From positions 32,001 to 96,000 of the forward strand of contig CBDCWG010000007.1 in assembly GCA_965223345.1 (NCBI GenBank): DNA of 64,000 bases, in the 5' to 3' direction. This document shows positions 60,033 through 64,000 of this stretch, piece by piece; position 1 is the stretch's first letter, and every line of letters begins with the position of its first letter. The notes below the pieces were generated by a model. The model had not been told where the DNA came from. It saw only the letters and a list, made by a program, of their open reading frames with translations, and made no database searches. Origin of the DNA: Nitrospinales bacterium (lineage in GTDB: Bacteria; Nitrospinota; Nitrospinia; Nitrospinales; VA-1). The position numbers and the translations under genes were made by a program.

Positions 60033-60446
60033 GTGACCATGGATTCCTTCGATTCCTATCTGGATAAAGCGTATGAAGAGCTCAATGAGGCCATCATGAA
60101 AGCCATCGTGTCCTCGGAGGAAGTCCGCACGGTCCTGACCAATTTCAAATCCAAGGACATGATCAGCAACCTGGCGGTGCTCAACCTCATCCTCAGCCTG
60201 GAAGAATTGTCCGACCTGGTGTTCGGCAAAAGCGACAAGAACTACAAGTTCGAATCGGTCGATGAGAACGAACTGGAATCGCAGGATTTCAAGGCGTCCG
60301 AAACGCCCCGGGAAAAACCCGCCGCCCCGGCCAGCCACATCGTCGATGGCAAGCGCCTGAGCGAGAAAGAAATCCTGTTCGAAAAATACTGCGAGGGAAA
60401 CTTCAATCTGGAAGAATGGCTGAAAAAGGCCCGCATCAAACTCTGA
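60033..60446 (+). CDS. Hypothetical cytoplasmic protein
   Basis: AGGAG RBS; downstream of a sigma-54 promoter; acidic helical protein. Confidence 0.8.
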   Translation: MTMDSFDSYLDKAYEELNEAIMKAIVSSEEVRTVLTNFKSKDMISNLAVLNLILSLEELSDLVFGKSDKNYKFESVDENELESQDFKASETPREKPAAPASHIVDGKRLSEKEILFEKYCEGNFNLEEWLKKARIKL

Positions 60447-60482
60447 GCCCCGCCTCACCCCGCCTCCTCGGGGACAAGCGAA

Positions 60483-60665
60483 TCATTTGCGGAAGATCTT
60501 CGCGTCGCAGGATATATACTTGATCTGTCTCAAGGGGATGACGATGATGTCATCCCCGGTGGTGATTTCGAATAATTCGAGGTCGTCGCTGAATCCGTGC
60601 TTTTCGGTGTTGTCCAGGTCCAGTTCCTGATTGTCCACAAACACCACCTTCAACCGATACTGCAT
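60483..60665 (-). CDS. Small (60 aa) beta-rich protein, possibly Sm/SH3-like
   Basis: AGGAG RBS; YRLKVVFVD..FEIT..IIVIPLRQIKYI. Confidence 0.7.
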   Translation of the reverse strand: MQYRLKVVFVDNQELDLDNTEKHGFSDDLELFEITTGDDIIVIPLRQIKYISCDAKIFRK

Positions 60666-60697
60666 TCAAAACACTCCTATGCCGTTGGGTGGAATCC

Positions 60698-61903
60698 TCA
60701 ATGGGGCTGGGGCATCGCCTCATACTGCCGCGACAACGGCTCGCCGAGGTAATCTTCCACGTAGTTTTTCAGATAGCCTTTTTCGTACAGCTTCTTGTTG
60801 GACAGGTTCGAGTTGATCCGGTTCAGCACTTTGAAGGTGCAGCGGGGAAACCGCGCCTTGAAATCGTCGAAGGCGAACCCGGCGATGTCCTTTTCCTCAC
60901 CGCGGATGCTGCGTTCCATGACCACACGCGGAATGTAGACCCGTCTCTGATCGCTCAACCGTTGCGCGATGTCGTTGAAGGTCAACAGCGTCGTGCAGTT
61001 GGAATCCCCACCCAGGGTGGCGTTGGGAACGTAAAGAAAGCGGGCGCGGTTGCGGCGGAACAGGGTCAGGATTTTATACACGTTTCCGGCCATGACCACG
61101 GTGTCTTTCTTGTCCAGCTCGCAGGCGTCGAACACCTTGATGATTTTCTTGCGGTTCAAAAACGCGGTGATGTCCGACTCGGTGTGGATCATGGTGATGT
61201 TGGGCAGATTCATGTCGTAGATCCGGCGCGCCTCTTCGGGCAGAAATTTCTTGCCGTAGCGCATGAGCGCGGTGGTGTCCGGGTCGATGTACTTGAGGGG
61301 GGTCAAACACCCCATCCAGAGCAGGCATTTCGTGTTGACGGCGGCGATCTTGCGGGCGTCCTCGGACATGGTGCGGGGGCCGAGGGAATAGAAGTTGGCG
61401 GACGTCACCGCCGGGCCGTCCAGGATCTTCAGCACCGTATCGACGGTCGGGCCGTTGGGCATCAGCTGTTTGCGAGCGTTGCCCAGCGTGATGACGGACA
61501 ATTCGAAGTTGATGCGGCCGGGATGCCGCTCGGCCAGCTGGTTGATGCGGACGGGATCGACGTAGCCCACCGTGAACATCGTGAGCTTCTTATCGGTGGT
61601 TTCCAGGAACTCCTCGATCCAGTCCAGTGTTTTGGGATGCAGCGGGATGTCCGTCCACTCCATGTACTCGTTACCGCCGAGCACCCAGGATTCGTCCTCG
61701 TGGGTGGGGAATTTCCGGATTTCCCCCAGAATGAACTCCCAGTCTTCCTGCGTCGTCCGCGGAACGTCCACCGTGTTGCGGTAACTGTGATCCTTCTCGT
61801 AGCAGAAGGTGCACTTCACCGGGCAGGTTTTCCCCAGGCTGATGGGGATTTTCCGGTCGCGAATCTCGGTTTTGAGGATTTCCCGCAGGGCCTGCTTATC
61901 CAC
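60698..61903 (-). CDS. Radical SAM protein with DUF512-like C-terminus
   Basis: CPVKCTFC (CX3CX2C), GGNE; C-terminal VPNATLGGD..LLTFNDI..IPRVVM. Confidence 0.8.
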   Translation of the reverse strand: MDKQALREILKTEIRDRKIPISLGKTCPVKCTFCYEKDHSYRNTVDVPRTTQEDWEFILGEIRKFPTHEDESWVLGGNEYMEWTDIPLHPKTLDWIEEFLETTDKKLTMFTVGYVDPVRINQLAERHPGRINFELSVITLGNARKQLMPNGPTVDTVLKILDGPAVTSANFYSLGPRTMSEDARKIAAVNTKCLLWMGCLTPLKYIDPDTTALMRYGKKFLPEEARRIYDMNLPNITMIHTESDITAFLNRKKIIKVFDACELDKKDTVVMAGNVYKILTLFRRNRARFLYVPNATLGGDSNCTTLLTFNDIAQRLSDQRRVYIPRVVMERSIRGEEKDIAGFAFDDFKARFPRCTFKVLNRINSNLSNKKLYEKGYLKNYVEDYLGEPLSRQYEAMPQPH

Positions 61904-61915
61904 GGTTTGGTCTCC

Positions 61916-62245
61916 TTATTGCCACTCTTTGAAAATCGCCATCAACTGCTCGTCCACCGGCACCTCGGCCTTCTGGTCTTCGTCCAGATTCTGGATCAGA
62001 GTGTTGAGGTGCACCGCCGCGCATCCCATGTAGGCGATGCTTTCCTGCTGTTTTTTGAAGTCTCCGGCCTTGAGCTTTTTCTCAAGCTCGTCCAGGTGGG
62101 TCGCTTCAAACATGTGGATGGACGATGTCTTTCTAAAGGCTTCGATGGCCTGTTTGAATTCTTTTTTTTCGTGCAGTTCGATCCCCGCTTTGAGGAACTC
62201 CTGCGCTTCCCGGACTTCCTCAACCGTCACCAGCTTTTCTTCCAT
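61916..62245 (-). CDS. Hypothetical helical (TPR-like) protein
   Basis: ATG 62245; AQEFLKAGIELHEKKEFKQAIEAF; 12 nt before the radical SAM gene. Confidence 0.75.
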   Translation of the reverse strand: MEEKLVTVEEVREAQEFLKAGIELHEKKEFKQAIEAFRKTSSIHMFEATHLDELEKKLKAGDFKKQQESIAYMGCAAVHLNTLIQNLDEDQKAEVPVDEQLMAIFKEWQ

Positions 62246-62568
62246 TCGCTTCCGCCTGTTCTGGGGCCACTCCATGATATCCGGCCACGGCGCAGCGCTC
62301 CGGAAATCCGGGAGTTGAGCCCGAAATTTCTTGATTTTATTCAGTTTCCTGGGAAAAACACGGTCATTGTATCATCCTTCGAGGAAGGATTGTCAAGCGG
62401 GCAATTTGCCGGGAGGGAGCGGGAAGGCGGGGAGAAAGGTCAAGACGCCGCAATTCACGCCGGGACCGGCGTGCGGCATCCTGCAACATGCCTGCAATGG
62501 CGTGAGCCGAAGCGGAAGGGTTGTCCGCCTCCTGATGGAGGCGGGAATCCAAAGCGGATCGAATCCGG

Positions 62569-62697
62569 TTATTCTTTCTTCTCTTCAATATTATCCGGCT
62601 TCACCTGTTTGCCATGCGGGAACTTCTGCTCCAGGCACCCGGAAGTGGCCACGAGGACACAAAACATCAATGCCAGAAAAAGTGCTGCCTTTCTCAT
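62569..62697 (-). CDS. Very small lipoprotein (42 aa)
   Basis: AAGGAG RBS; MRKAALFLALMFCVLVATSG-C lipobox. Confidence 0.6.
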   Translation of the reverse strand: MRKAALFLALMFCVLVATSGCLEQKFPHGKQVKPDNIEEKKE

Positions 62698-62877
62698 CCC
62701 TTCTCTCCTTTGAAAATAGAGTGAGGGCCGGGCGAGCGGCGGCTCTTCCCTCAACCCTCGTTTTTTAAGAAGATTATTATCAACATTTTGCTCAAAATTC
62801 AATGAATTTCTGATTTTTTTTGCTTACAATCCTCTGGCGGCGGTCGCTGGAATCGCCCCCGTTTCCAATCTGTTACG

Positions 62878-63681
62878 ATGACTTTGCCCGCCGATCTCAA
62901 TCCCCATAGCCTCACCGAAGGCCTCGCTCTCAAGCGCATCGGCAAGCCGGTTCGGAGCTATGAAACCCTCGCCTCGACCAACGATGCGGTCAAACAGGCC
63001 TTCGAGGCGGGCGACGCCGAGGGTCTGGTGGTGCTCGCCGACAGCCAGTCCTCGGGACGCGGCCGCCAGGGCCGCTCCTGGGTGTCTCCCAGGCAGGTGG
63101 GGGTCTACCTTTCGGTCCTGCTCAAGCCGGGCATCGAACGGGAACGCATCCCGCAGCTCACGCTCCTGGCGGGGGTGGCGGTGGCGGAGGCGCTCAAAGG
63201 CGATGTGCCCTCCCCGCTCCTGAAATGGCCCAACGACGTGCTTGCAAGCGGAAAAAAACTCAGCGGCATCCTGTGTGAATTCCACAAAAGCAGCGGCGGC
63301 GAGGGGGTGATTCTCGGCATCGGCGTCAATGTCAACCAAGTCTTATCCGATTTTCCGCACGAGCTGCAGGCCACCGCCACCTCGCTCTCTATCGAGACCG
63401 GCAGGCGCTGCGACCGCGCGCAGGTGATCCGGTCGCTGCTTGTGAGCCTGGACCGGGAATACGACGATTATCTTTTGGGCAGACAACCGGGGCTGGCGGA
63501 AAAATGGTCGCGCCATACGGATCTGTTCGGCAAGAACATCGCCCTCACGCACGGCGGTACGGTGACTCGAGGCACCGCGCTGCGGCTCGATCCTGCGGGC
63601 CGCTTGATCGTGCGCACCGAAGACGGCGTGGAAAGGGCGTTCGATTCCGGCGAGGTCAGCCTGACGCCGCAGTCGGGATGA
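62878..63681 (+). CDS. birA: Biotin--[acetyl-CoA carboxylase] ligase (no N-terminal HTH)
   Basis: STND, QSSGRGRQGRSW, LKWPND, KKLSGIL, LGIGVNVN, DSGEVS. Confidence 0.96.
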   Translation: MTLPADLNPHSLTEGLALKRIGKPVRSYETLASTNDAVKQAFEAGDAEGLVVLADSQSSGRGRQGRSWVSPRQVGVYLSVLLKPGIERERIPQLTLLAGVAVAEALKGDVPSPLLKWPNDVLASGKKLSGILCEFHKSSGGEGVILGIGVNVNQVLSDFPHELQATATSLSIETGRRCDRAQVIRSLLVSLDREYDDYLLGRQPGLAEKWSRHTDLFGKNIALTHGGTVTRGTALRLDPAGRLIVRTEDGVERAFDSGEVSLTPQSG

Positions 63682-63706
63682 AAAACCAGCGAGTCTGAGA
63701 ACCGGC

Positions 63707-64000
63707 TCAAAACGAGCCGAACACACCGATGCCCAGATGGAACTGCGGGTTGGAGCGCTGGTAGCCTTCCGGCCAGAGGTGGTATTCGCGCAGGGTGAGC
63801 CTGGGATAGTTGTAGCTGATCTGGTCGAGCGACCGGGTCTCGCTGCCGCTCACCCTGCCTGCGACGGTGATGCGCCGGCCTTTGGCGAACACGCTCTCTT
63901 CGAGGATCTGGTCGCTGAGCACCAGAAAGCGCCCTTCGGTCTGATCGTTGAGCTTCGGTTCGAGACGGTAATCCAGCGGGCGCTGCAATACGATCATCCA
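63707..64000 (-). CDS. Slp family outer membrane lipoprotein, 3' part
   Basis: PLD..P..EGRFL..FAKGRRITVAG..YNYP..HLWP..GIG; the 5' end lies outside the window. Confidence 0.85.
   Translation of the reverse strand, partial: WMIVLQRPLDYRLEPKLNDQTEGRFLVLSDQILEESVFAKGRRITVAGRVSGSETRSLDQISYNYPRLTLREYHLWPEGYQRSNPQFHLGIGVFGSF

Overview
64 kb of a GC-rich, Gram-negative bacterial chromosome. The gene repertoire (many sigma-54 systems, TPR/LRR proteins, scattered complex I genes, caspase-FGE proteins) suggests a Nitrospinota/deltaproteobacterial-type organism; this is inference only. The window is mostly core or near-core genome: amt, nuoE-nuoG-like-nuoD, tatA, two class A PBPs with LpoA-like and SPOR neighbours, argG, pgi-tal-glk, hemB and birA. 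I see no rRNA, tRNA, CRISPR array, transposase, integrase or phage gene. Most notable: (1) a complete sigma-54 module at 26.0-30.3 kb, in which a Cys-rich GAF bEBP faces a doxX - cytochrome b561 - Tat-exported intradiol dioxygenase - CatE-like VOC operon, with a -24/-12 promoter, an IHF site and three candidate UAS palindromes readable in the intergenic DNA; (2) four further sigma-54 promoters, one driving a 66-aa acidic five-Cys peptide; (3) an exported metacaspase with tandem FGE/C-lectin domains convergent on a DUF4384 protein; (4) a receiver-TM-DUF1566 fusion behind an HDOD/hybrid kinase operon; (5) a NuoG-like protein with an extra ferredoxin cluster and no adjacent nuoF; (6) an orphan Rap1a-like immunity gene; (7) an XRE regulator with a histone-like tail heading a cell-wall gene run; (8) a family of REP/MITE-like palindromes. 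All domain calls are motif recognition by eye, not database searches. Several starts were moved from the ORF track to RBS-supported codons.
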